This document shows, one piece after another, positions 1 to 12,200 of a stretch of DNA of 64,000 nucleotides. Source of the stretch: Ascidiella aspersa (Eukaryota); the NCBI GenBank assembly GCA_963924565.1, contig OZ004613.1, positions 27,094,001 through 27,158,000 of the forward strand, written 5' to 3'. Below the pieces are notes generated by a model. That model saw only the letters and a program-made list of their open reading frames with translations, was not told the origin of the DNA and searched no databases. The translations under genes were made by a program, and so were the position numbers. Position 1 is the first letter of the stretch. The number at the start of each line of letters is the position of its first letter.

Positions 1-273
1 CATTTCTAAATTATCTTTGATAGTCTAGCTAATAAGTCGAAAAGTTGTGACACGAAAATTAGGTTATTTAGTTGGGACCCCAGATTTTAGCCAGCAAATT
101 TGTTTAATTCCCTCTGTATCCTTATTTAGTCCATGTTTTCCTTTTTACTGTGTATTTGCCCCAGGGGAGGTTATTTTGCTGTGGCATGATCCCATTTAGC
201 CGTTATTTGCTACCATTTTATTAAAGTAACAAAACTTATAACCAAACTCTACATAATAAAAACACATTAAAGC

Positions 274-520
274 CAGTGTTTCTTAACTTATTGCACGTTT
301 TTTTTAAGTATAACAGACAGGCGTTGGCGACCCAATTATCTTCGCAAAACGTTTGGTAAGAAAAGAAAACATAAGACATAAACAATAATAAGATCGACTT
401 TAATTAATATTAGCCGTGTATTCGTATGGCTTTTTTTTAAATTTAGAAGAAATCTTTCTCACAAGCAATTCCAATATATGTAACCATGTAAGGCCGCGGC
501 TTATAGGTTGAGAAACACTG
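274..520. mobile_element. hAT-type MITE
   Basis: TIRs CAGTGTTTCTTAAC / GTTGAGAAACACTG; flanking 8-mers ATTAAAGC / ATTTAAGC (7/8 TSD match). Confidence 0.8.
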
Positions 521-633
521 ATTTAAGCTGACCCTTTAACCCCGGAAAAAAGGAAAAAACATGGCGCAAACCCCGTCCGTAGCATTCACAGAACTTTAGT
601 GAGTTAAAAAGAAAAAAAAATTGCTTCACGTAC

Positions 634-783
634 GGACGCATGGGACGAGGACCGAACTGGTCTGTTCATAGCCCTTGGCACATCGGTTGCACCTTTTGCC
701 GGTCACGCCGTCCTTACAGGGGCACTGGCCGCTGATCGGGTGGCAGATTTTGCCGGCGCCTCCTACAGTGTGGCAGTTGCAGG
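634..783 (-). CDS. netrin: Netrin coding exon 3 (LE/EGF-3, domain V-3); the gene continues beyond the left edge of the window
   Basis: Branch GCTAAC, acceptor tcttgttgtctcttgtAG, donor C|GTACGT, 150 nt, phase 1-1. It reads (P)[49 protein letters not shown], close to netrin-1 V-3 ([34 protein letters not shown]). Confidence 0.95.
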
Positions 784-1116
784 CTACAAGAGACAACAAG
801 ACACACAGCCGGTTAGCACGGCCGCCCGGCCAAACGAACTTTGATTTTTTCGAAAGGGTTGCTTGTCAGTTCGATTAAGGAATGTCCAATAATTTTTTTT
901 TTCGATTCGATAAAAGTACGACCGCACGAATCTATAGCGAATAGCGTCGTTACCAATTGAAAATACGGTTAAAAAGACTAAATTTTTACATAGGTTCTTT
1001 TCCACTGTTGATTCACTATTTGTGGATAAATTTGTTTTTTTCAAACAACATTCGCGTTTGATCGATATTCGTTGCTTTAATAACGTTCGCTAAGCGTGGC
1101 TTTAAAGCACAAACTA

Positions 1117-1225
1117 AGGTGGTGTCGGATCGGTTCCGATACTACTCCAGTATCGGACGAGTATCGATACTACCACTTGGCATCGTGTGTGTATCGTCTC
1201 GAATCCGATATTATCGGACATCCCT
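1117..1225. mobile_element. Short dispersed repeat (MITE-like, CCGATA/TATCGG-rich); second copy inverted near 54186
   Basis: The reverse complement AGGGATGTCCGATAATATCGG...GTAGTATCGATACTCGTCCGATACT aligns with AGAGATGTCTAATAATATCCG...GTAGTATGGGTACTCGTCCTATACT at 54186-54280. Confidence 0.6.
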
Positions 1226-1979
1226 TATTTCAAATTCCTTTAAAAGCAACGAATGAGATACCACACTGCTGCGTGGACATGACCGCACAAGGAAAGTAAC
1301 AGCATTAAAGCTAACATTTTTCCTTAGGTGGTCAGTCCAACTGCTCTTGCATTTTTGCGGGATTTTGAAGTTGATCTCAAAATAAAAGTGGTTACAAAAT
1401 TCAAAGAACCTTTCGATAGCCTCAATAGCCTTTACTGTAAAGCTCTTTGTTTCAAAAATTGTTCGGATGTTAGTTGTTAGTTGCATTCGGCAATCAAAAT
1501 TTGCTGTTAGTAAAGGCAAAAAAACACATGCGTTTTATAGCACACAGGCTGGCCGCAAGCAGAACACACGCGTTTGTTAGCGTCGTCGTCCAATAGTGAC
1601 GTCACAGAAGGTTTCCGTGACGTCACACCGTGTAGCAAAGTTCACAGCAAGGTCACCCGCCTGCAGAAAAGTTCTCGGAAGGCCCAGTTGATTTTGTTCA
1701 ACACAAGCTTAAGTTATGTTTGAAAGAACCAAGTCTTACTCCAATGTTCGCCTACTCTTGTGATAACTATTGGTGATAGCGCGTCATATAGGGAAATAAT
1801 ACGCCATATAGTCGAAAATGCCGTTTTGTACAGATTTTATTCACTATATCTACTTGAAATACATTTTTCTTATTTTCCCACATTCCTTATTTCAAGATTG
1901 TGAATTTCCCATCTTGTAGATTCACGGAAATTTATTATCACGGAATATTAAATTCACATATGAAAACACTCAAACAGTT

Positions 1980-2180
1980 TTGCATGACGCAATCCGTGAT
2001 GCAATTCAATGCCATTTTGTGAGCGCGGCGTGAAACAAGATGACGTGACGTATTTCGTGAAACACTCCCGTGAGACAGCGTGACGCGTGTTGCGAGACGT
2101 TTCGTGATACGTGATAAGGACCGTGAACGACAGTGTGATACGTGAGACGATGTGATGCGTTTGGTGAGACAAGGTGATGC
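1980..2180. repeat. CGTGA-rich degenerate repeat tract
   Basis: About 10 CGTGA plus further GTGA words at short spacing. Confidence 0.6.
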
Positions 2181-5100
2181 ATGCCTTTCATACGGAAGTT
2201 GTACGTGCGTGTAGTTTCATATTATAACTCAAAAACATTCACCAGTTACCTTTAAACGTAATGAGATTACACGCTTGTCACTTGAAACATTTAAACGGTC
2301 AGTGAATTTTTAAAACGGCGCTTTTTTAGAATTTAGAATTTTTTTTTTAAATCAACTTTCGTAACTTATGGAGGAAAAACTGTCATTGTGTTTGTTTTTT
2401 GAAAATAGCTTCAATGTTTAAAAAATGGTTTATTTCAAGACAAAAACGGGGGAGTTTAAAAAATGGAACGGCATAGAACGTTGAAAAAGAGGCTAAAACC
2501 TACATTATTCGCCGAAATTATGCGACATCCATTAAATAATTTCAGGTTGTTTTCCCAAAGTTAAAGTTTTTAAAATAATTGAAGCAGTGAAACCGGACGG
2601 GGAATCTATATAATTTCCCCTTTCAAAGCCCCACCCCCCCTACACACACACACTAGATCGTTAATCACCGCGAAAACTCTCGTTCGATCGGAATGCTTTC
2701 CCCCACATATTGTCGCCACCGGAAACAGTCTCCTCGAATCCCGCCAAATCGCTCGAATAACTGGCTTTGAAACTGCTTCGTTTTGTGTAGCGAAAGACTG
2801 ATGATCAAGCAGCGCTCGCCTCGAGAGCTATTTACTCAAGCGCCGGCCAATTGAGCGACGGGGAGGGGTGTCCAGTGACAATTAGCCGACACCTCGCCGT
2901 CGCTTGTAGCCGAGGTGTGAAAATCGCGCGCGCCGCCTTTGTTTCAAGTGTCGGCTCCGATGTACCGGGCTCTCGGGTTACCAGCGACTGATAGGGCAGT
3001 GCCTGTGCGACCGGGACCCAACGCAGGCCCGGGGGGTAATCTTACTTGGGACCGTCATTGTCCCGGCCGTTTGTTCCGCCACGTTTTCCCATCGCGCGCT
3101 TAATCAACTTGTTCCCATGAATATATCGTGTCGTCCTGTTATATTACGCCACCCGAATGCCATCTTTCGCCCGCGCAATCCACAATCGATGACTATGTCA
3201 GGGACATTATATTTTTATTAATCAAAGGTGATTGTCGAGGCAAATATGCCAGGAATGGGAAAGAGGTCCCACGGTTGCTGTATGCTGTTTCGAAACTTTT
3301 TTTAAACGTATTTGCGTGTTTTGATCGAAACTTTTCGCCGTCGGTTAAAAAGAAATCCGCGCGATAGTTCATAAATGTATTTCCTTAAATTTCACCCGGC
3401 TTTTGTAACCGAAAACCATTGCTCGGAACAAGTTAGATCGCGGCCCAAATGTGGGCTTTTTCGCCAATTTTAGTGGGCCACGAGCTATTTATTATTCCCT
3501 CAGTTTTATAATGTAGGTGTGGCCGCGTGATAGCCCTACATTCATTCTACAGTGTTTCAAAAGGTTGGTTTGGCTAGAGTTTTAGCCAAGTTTATATACA
3601 AATTTTTCGAACGTTTTTACGTTTAAATTAAATCTATTCAGCCAAAAGTTGGTATTTTTTGAACGGCATGTTGTGCCGCGTGACTTATAATTTTGATAAA
3701 GTCTAATTTCTGTTTTATTAAGTGGAAATGCCATTATTTCGAGCAAAATTCTAATCTACTTTATGTGCCTCATGCGTCGCGTTTCCTTTTAATTGAAGTT
3801 TTTCCAATTTAAAACAAATATTTTTTTTTTCATTTGGCGCGATCACTGCAGCTGCATAATTTTGCGCGAAAGTAGGTTCGAGAAGAACAGGAGTTTCTAA
3901 GTTAATTGTTCTGCGAAGTCACGTAGATGGCTTTCAATAGCCCTTGAAAGAATATTTTAAGCCGCAGCTAAAAAAAGTTTGCCGACCACTGTAAATTCTA
4001 AACCGTATTCTTCGGCGCTTTAATTAAGGTCGCTTGGGCATCAATCAAGTCGCGTTTGAAGGTTTCTTATCTTCCTACGGCCCTGCAACCCTCTTTTCCG
4101 TTGAGTGTCTACAGTTCCCTTGGACCAACGAGAAAAACTTAATGAACAAATACCGACGCTTTCAGAGGGCCTTCGGGAAAAAGCAAAGCTTAACCCCAGT
4201 CGCGTTGTTAGTCGTCCCCTAATTAAAACACTCAACAATGGAACGGCGCAAAATCGCCAACAGAATCGCACAAAATTAAATTACAACCCCCCCCCCCTAC
4301 CACACACCCGCCACAATGCCCCCACCCCTCTATAGGGATCAGTATTGTCTTTACCTTTCCCAGCACCCCCTTTAGCCTGGAACGACCGTCGAACGCTCAT
4401 CAAACAGCGGTTCGGCCATTACGTGACATTTGGCGTTTTGGGACACGTTCCGCGCCGTGATTGGTCGCTCGCTTTTCATCAAGTCAATTCATAAAAAAGC
4501 GACGCTCGACAAAAGTCTCGACGACATAGTAATCCCCCCAGTCTTTTCATTCGTTTCCCAGACCCGACCGTACGACACTCGAGACCACTTGGTATACTGT
4601 GTACTGTTTAAGGCGGTTTAACAAAAACTAATAACTTCAATATCACGCCTGGGCATGTCCTTAGGGCGGTTTTACGGATCGAAACCAAGTTATTCGCGTT
4701 TAAGTTCACATAACCGAACCTTTTTTTGTTTTACCGCGAACGAGACGAAATACTTGGCGCTGGATAAGGTATTCGATAGTTTTAATGCTACATGGCGACC
4801 TAAACCTAATATTAAAAAATACAACGTGTCTGGCGACTGGCGTGTATATCAATTTTAAAAACCGTTGCAAAAACGCAATGTTTTCGTTTTGCGTGGTTAA
4901 ATAAAATGTGAGGATTTTTTTCAAGTGATTTTCGGCAAATCTTTGCAAAATTTTGCGTCGTTAGAATCACGCACAAAAACACTGCAACACCCGAAACGAA
5001 AAAAACACCACAAAAAGTATAGAAAATAAAAAAACAGGATAGATTTGTTTTAACAAAGTCTAAAACTGTGTTTAAATCAAATGAACAGTGTATTAAGTAA

Positions 5101-6107
5101 AATTATTCTTTAAAAAACACGAATTTAATCAGATTTTAATGTTGATTCTCGCTTCTAGAAATATCAAATGTCAAACTTAAATTTTTTTTAGTTTTTTACA
5201 GAGACATAAAAATAAGCACAGCACACGGTCAAACGTACACAATAGCTATTGTCACGTCACGCCTCTACGACAAAGCTACTTTGTTACGCAACACTGGTTA
5301 GCCACACAAACAATTGCGTTATTCGAAAAGGTGAAACAGTTTCTAGAGTGTCGAATTACAAAGAGTGTTTCCGTTTATCCAAACGCTTTTGTGAGACTTC
5401 GTTTAACATTAAGTGCTACCACTAAGCTTACTGCGTGATTAGCCTACAATATAAACCAGTAACACAAACGCTGTGGATAAATATAACATGCTGTGAGTGA
5501 ATATCTGTACCTATGGTGCTTATTTGAATTTAACAATAATCAAAGATAACACAACATTTTTTTAGCTGAAAACCTAATTTTGTGCTTTTAACAAACGTGT
5601 CTTATGCTACTAACGCATCGTTTTAAGGCGGCTCTATTGGGTGGTGTGCATTGCTGGACTGTAAAGGTTTAGTGTCTACTGCTGGACCCCTTAATCAAAA
5701 AGGCACATTGTAAATAATACAATGTGAAAGCTCAATGTTAAAATAAATACTTCTCAACTCCCTATTCAGGTTACTCTGTTAAAAACATGTACAAGTAAAA
5801 GGCATGTTTACAGAACTACCTCGAAATAGCAAATGCTGCCTTAACTGCTAATTGATCTAATGAACATGTGACTATAGGTGCTGTTAATATTATGAGTCTA
5901 TAGCATACGTTACCCAGCAACGAAAGTATTACTTGAAACACATGTGGCACCTTTTTAGACTCTTAAGGTTTCGCGGACCCCGGTTAAAACCCCTGCAACA
6001 TAACCACGTACACTCCCCAGCAAAGCCGCCTTGGAAACGATACGAAAATTCTACAATCTACTCTTATAAAAAACGTCCACGCTTTGACCTAACAACGTCC
6101 CACTTAC

Positions 6108-6290
6108 GTTTGCACGCGGTGGTGCTGGCGATCGAAGTGGCGTTATTTCGCCTGAAGCCTGGCTTGCACTTGTCACAGAAGCGTCCCATGGTGTGGTCCC
6201 GGCACCTCTGGCAGATGCCCCCCACCCCCGTCTTTCGGTAAAGCTCGGCGTCGAAATGGCATCGAGTAGAATGAAGGTTGCAGTGGCATG
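6108..6290 (-). CDS. netrin: Netrin coding exon 2 (LE/EGF-2, domain V-2)
   Basis: Acceptor cctttctgacAG, donor C|GTAAGT, 183 nt, phase 1-1. In frame it reads (A)CHCNLHSTRCHFDAELYRKTGVGGICQRCRDHTMGRFCDKCKPGFRRNNATSIASTTACK, an 8-Cys laminin-EGF repeat. Not in the ORF track. Confidence 0.93.
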
Positions 6291-6352
6291 CTGTCAGAAA
6301 GGCACAAGTTTTCGCTTAAATGTATGGAGATAACAAGACTACAGACTTCGAG

Positions 6353-6638
6353 CAGTGGTTTCCGACAGTTTAATATTTACAGGCAAATTTTCAATAATTA
6401 CCAGAATTACGGACCCCTGAATTTATATAAAAAAAAAAACTTTACCTAAACCAATAAGTTCGTTAAACTGGGCTTTCACTGATAGAAAATAGTAACCAAG
6501 CAAACTTGTAGTCGAACTAAATAAAAACAAACACATAAATGGTACGTTTACTGTTGCCTTACAATAGACAAATATGACCAAGAAAGCCGGGAAACATTTG
6601 TGTGTACCCCTAGGGGGTCCGCTGGTTGGGAACAAATG
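6353..6638. mobile_element. Degenerate hAT MITE about 60 nt from the exon 2 acceptor
   Basis: Ends CAGTGGTTTCCGAC ... GGTTGGGAACAAATG; internal GTACCCCTAGGGGGTCCG-type subterminal motif also present near 57690. Confidence 0.45.
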
Positions 6639-9066
6639 ACCACGAGGCTCGCTACATACAATTTTTACTCCTATTGTTTCGACAGCCAACGTTTGCCATT
6701 TGTTTGTATAAAAGTTCAAAGTAAACAGATGTAGAATTGGGTAGCATTGTGTAATTGTTCTAATAAAACAATGCACCTCTTTGGCGTCATAAACTTTAAA
6801 TTGGCTAATACCAAACCGCATTGTGCTAACGTTCCAAAACAATAATACGCTTTGTGACGTAATAATAGTCTCAGTTTGTAATATGATAGAGGGAACATTG
6901 CAATTCCAATAACTCGCTAATCGTCAAATAAACTGTTTAATCGAAAAAATTCGAAAGAAGGACTCATGGCGAAGGTGGAAAAGGGAGCCGGCCGATTTTA
7001 AAGTGGCCACTTAACCAGCAGCAGTAGCGAGGTCGCCCTCCAAAAGTCTTACAACAACACACCAACACACGAGAAGAACTCGCGGGCTCGACCGCAAGAA
7101 TTCGGGGCCTTTGTCCCCATTTTGCCCCCTAAGGCCCATCGGGGCGCGGGCAGGGGTCCCCGTCGCGGCACTCGATATGGGCGCGCGTCACCGCAGCTGT
7201 TACGTCACAATCGCTTTGCAGTTCAAGTTCGATACTTGTCGAGTGCGATTTCCGCGGTGTTTTTTCTCTCAGTTTACTTGTGTTGCGCCCAACTTGAGGC
7301 TAAACCCGTCGGATTGACATGTTTCCCACACAATCTGATCCCAAACCCGACACCGAGGGCGACTCAAGGTCAAATCCCAGCGCCAAGGTCGAATCTATCA
7401 AACGCGCGCGCTCGGCCAAATTAAAGGGGCACCTGTGTGCGCGCTTTTGTGTCCAAATTTACCCCGTACGGTCGCCCCGCAAACACCACACACGCAGTCT
7501 TTATGCAAGCTCGGGCCTTTTTCAAGTGGACTGTATGTTGCAGTTGCTGGTTAGTCTGCTGTTTCCAAGTACATAGGGTTGCGGTTACAATATATTGCGT
7601 ACACGATGCGGAATCTTGGAGAAATTTTAAGTGGGTTTTAGGACTGATCCGGTGAAATAAAATACCTCACTAATCCACCTGTTTGTTATTTTTCAAGTGT
7701 CGCTTAAATACGTAGTTTAAAACGCTATACGTTATTTTGAGCAGTTAAACTTATACTTTTAAAAACGTGAGTTCAATTGATTGCGTTAAAAGTTAAGTTA
7801 ATTTTAAATCGTTTCGGTTAGTTATCATTCATTAATTTAAACTTCCGCGCGAAGTAATATATGCTTTCCTTACGACCACGAGTTCTTTTTTTAAGGTCGT
7901 CTTGCCATTTGAAAGTCGTCAAAGACAAAAATCAGTTAACTGGAAAACTCAGTCAAGTCAATGATTGACAATCTTACAAAGGTCAATTAACAAGACGCGT
8001 CTAATAGCGGTAAGTACCTGTAAGGCGTGAAAAATCGATCACAAACGACAAAAAACATTAGCGGTTTAACATTTTCCAAAATCGCTTTAACAATTTAACG
8101 GGTTACGCAGCCCTTGCCCTTTGTGTTGACTCCTACGGCAAAAACAGTTTAGAGTTTAAACATTTTGGCAAGCTCCGAACAGCGAAACGCAAGATTGTTG
8201 CGCACGTGTGCGACCGGCCGACTATAAATACTCGGGGCCAGGCGGGCCAGGTGCACTCTGTGCCTGATGTGGTTTGCCCCCCCTGGCACCGCGGAACAAC
8301 TGGCCATGTTTCGTGGCCCCTTTGTTGGGCCGTCTAGCCAACATTTTCGGAAATTTAAAACTGAACCTTTTTGGATTGAAATCCGTTTTTTGAATGCTAT
8401 TAAATGCTTTTACATGTATGCGAAAACAACCATTGTTTGCTATTCGCAGCGCGCATTTTGCGAACAAATATACTTTTTTATGGAGTTTAACAGATTAAGC
8501 CATCCTGTTATTTTAAACCGAAAAAAAAACCCTTAGTCAACCAAATGAATGTGAAACCTCTACTCAAACCATTCAACAACACTGTAATTACACAGCTTTT
8601 AATTTTTCTTTTAGAGTTATTACACTTCTTTAAATGAAACCAAAAAAGGACTCTTAAGTGACTTAAATACATTTGAGTCAAATAACACAATCAATAAACC
8701 TGATATATACCAAGCCTTTTTTCACCAATTTAAAGCGGAAATGTGCAAAAAGGAGCCGGTCTTTACAAAGAGGCCGCGCAAATAGACCTGTTATAATATT
8801 GATGGTCTGCTTCAATACTTGGTCGCGTAACGAGAATTTCATTAAAATCGCCTCATTTCAACGCCGACAAACAAAAATGGATCGCGCGCAGGTGCTCGAC
8901 TGGGGGGTGGAGGGTGCGATTGTTACCTTACAATGGGGCAAATTGTGACGTCACTCGGAACGCGTTTCATTAAATTCGAAAGTCGAACGCGGCATAATTT
9001 TCGGTTGGCTTCGAAACGAGGATTGAAATTTTCGAGAGGCGGTGGAATTAATGCCGATGTATGTTG

Positions 9067-9229
9067 GTAGAAATGTCAAAGCCCATATAGAAGTAGTTAT
9101 CATTTTAAACGTTTCGATTGTGATCTTTGGATTCATTTTTAACATAGAATTTAAAATGCTACCTAATTCTGTATGGGCTTTGATATTACTACTGCGTACA
9201 TCTAAAACCTCCAACCATTATGCTCCAAA
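9067..9229. mobile_element. Foldback repeat family A, full copy
   Basis: Inverted arms TCAAAGCCCATAyAGAA...TTCTGTATGGGCTTTGA plus tail AACCTCCAACCATTATGCTCCAAA. Related copies at about 10243, 22340, 24220, 37388, 50993 and 62692. Confidence 0.75.
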
Positions 9230-12200
9230 TTTATTATTAATTTAAAACTATTTTAAAATACCGCGGTTACGCGAGAAAAACATAAAATAATCTGCTGAAA
9301 AAAACAAAATATGCGCTACAGTCAATGAGCGCCAAAAAAACGCCAAGAAAACTGCAAAACAAACCTCGAAATACAAAAAAACGCAACAATTAAAACCGAA
9401 TAATCCCCAAATCGATAAAGAATCGCGCAGAAATCCGCAAAAGCGACGGCTCCCGCCATTGCCAGTGCTGCGGTGCGGCAAACGTGCAGCCGAGACAGGG
9501 AAAAAAGGAGAAGTCAATCAAAGTTGTTATGACGGCGGCAGCACCAGGTGCCTGAAACCTCGTTGTGCGATAAGCATCGCGCCTCGTTTGTGTCGAACAT
9601 TACATGACCCTTGAACCCTGAGCGTGCGCGCGCAATCCGAAACCAAATAAGCTATTGCGGGCGGCAGCGTTACGGCCCGGGTAATTATTACTGCGCACCT
9701 TGTTTTGGCAAAAGATGATTATCTCTTTAATTAATTAGTTTAAAGATGAATATTTGATCATTTTGGATTTGTTTACCTTTCTTAGCTTTTGCATGGAAAT
9801 TTATTGTGTTGCGAAACTATTTTCGTCCTTTTGCTAAATAATTGCTTTCTCTGGCGAAAACTGCAATAACTACTTCGTTTTTTTAAGCATAGCTATGGCG
9901 TTTCACTGCAATTCGCGAAACCCACAGGTTTTTATCAGTTAACAACGTTTCATTTTTTCTCCTATAGTGTTGAATCACATTAAGTTCACCACCAGAAAAA
10001 CCTTAATTTAAATTCGTTGAGATTCTGTACAGCATCCAATATAAAATAAATTTGTGCAAGGGTGGGAATCTAACTTACTACCCTGAGTGAGCTGATTTAT
10101 ATTTTGATTATTATCATTCTGTGGAGTGCTGGTAGCATTTTGAAGCATTTCGAAGCATTTCAATTGTGTTTTTTTTTTATTTACAAACAATTTTTCGTTG
10201 AATCTGATCACTACATGGATACCGTTGCAAATCAGTTAAAATGTAGAATATCAACGCCCATACAGAAGTAGGTAGCATTTTTAATTTTTTATGTTAGTTC
10301 AACAAAGTGAAAAGGGACTGATTCAAAATGTAATTTGTTATGTTACAATTCTTTTTAATTTAATAAGAAACACAAATTATTTTTTTTTTCATCGCACCAC
10401 TAGAGACAGCCTTACCCGTTCAACATATTATTAGTTTAATCTCATTGCTGCATGGGTAACTTTCCAAATCAAGAGTCACCTCTTATATTTTAAATTTGTT
10501 TCTTTTATTAAGAAAAACAAACTGTTTATTTCACCGTACCACCCACTAAACACGGCCTTGTCCGAACCGGGCGGGCGGTACCCGTATTGTTTGGTCTACC
10601 CCCGAATCCCTTTGTCGCACGTCGCTCGTCGCATTGTTACGTGATAATGTGGCATTGTTACGAGTTCGAAGGTGACGCGAATGCAGACTCCCCCCAACGC
10701 TTTTGGAAAACCTCCGCTACTACACAGGAAACCGATTCCAGCAATCGCGGTCGAAAGAACAAAACACAAACTCCCCTCGAAAGTTTATAAACGCCAAGTT
10801 CGATTCGAAACGCAATGGTAACAAGTTTTACGCAGAAACGCCCACCTAAACTGCATTTAATGCTGGCCAAAATTGAAATCGGCGGAATATAGTTAAAATC
10901 ATTTTACGTTTTAGATTTACACCATCAAGCCATTGCACAACGCTTCTCTATGTTCACTAAATAAATTTGATGTTACGTAATATATCGCGCAAGTATTTGA
11001 CAAGAAAGGCAAACATGTTCAGTCAAGAAGCCTGCAGACATCAGATAAACAATCACAATTTACAATTTGCGAGGCGTGAAACAAATAATTAATTAAAGTA
11101 ACTTTTTAAATAGCAAAATGATAGGACCCGTTTTACTACGCAGGTATTTGGAAAAATTAATATGAAAAAAGTCCTCCTAGATTTGGTATCGTACAAAAGT
11201 GACAGAACGTTTATTTCGAAAGTAGTTGTTTTACCAAGTACCGTGTTTAGTCAGCAAACAACATACACGCAATATTAACTTATAGGTCGTAAAGCCAAAG
11301 CATTTTGTTTAATTTTGTTTAACTGGTTAAAGGTGTTGTTAAGCGTTAAACTTTTTGTGTTTTTTTGAACTGAATGATTTAATCGCTTATTGCTTTTCGC
11401 ATGGACTTTTGTAGTGGCCAGGTTAAAAATACTCACGTTTTTCTATTAATTTGCACAAATTTACCCCAAATTCACCCAATTGACCACATAATGCCATAAA
11501 ATTCGCAAAACGACAAATTTTTTAAATTCGCGTTTTTGTAACAATTTTTATTTCACGTTTTTTAAACATTATTCCAGATTTTTGGCGGTATAACTTTTTC
11601 CGATTTTTTGTTCGTTTAAGAAAAACCTTTGTTCACGCTTTTGAAGTGGCCAGTCGAAAAGACAAACAGCACCACATTTTCCCCAGCAGGGTGCTTCCGG
11701 CAGAAGTGACAAAATCACACAGCAGCGGCGACGGTCAAACCCTCCTAATTAGTTTACCAAGTCAAAAAAGAGGCCTCTTAATTGGCCATAAGCGTTCGCG
11801 GGCACCGCCTAATGGGTTCGATGGTGATACATAAGCGACGAAAGCAAACATGCCGGGAGGGGTAATTGTGTTGTCACATACTCGCAAAAACCGTCGGGAC
11901 AGTTTAATCGGCAAACACTCGAAACTGACCACCGCCATCGCATGCATATGTACCCGTGCTATTGCTGCTGTTTTAGTCGCCTAATAGCCTGCCCGGCCTG
12001 CTGTTTGTGTGTTGAACGGCTTTGATGTAGTGCTGCCATTATGACGTAGACAATCGCGGCGTGATTTAAATTTAAAAAGATGCCCGACGGTCACCTGTTC
12101 GATGTTGACTCTGCTTACTCAATCGACAGTCGATTACCAGCGTATCTGTTGTCACCGATTTTGAGTACATTGGGCTCCAACTGCTTCATATTTCTCAAGC

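Larger units (their letters stand above)
784..6107 (-). other. Netrin intron, 5.3 kb (GT-AG)
   Basis: GTAAGT donor and TTGTAG acceptor; splicing joins ACK-P-CNC in frame. Confidence 0.88.

Noticed and set aside
3417-3991. A single intact hAT element
   Set aside because: The ends resemble CAGTGGTCGGCAA, but the left end is degenerate and no TSD matches, so the boundaries are unsupported.
5933-6241. Plus-strand ORFs at 5933-6241, 675-878 and 17889-18645
   Set aside because: They are antisense shadows of the netrin exons.
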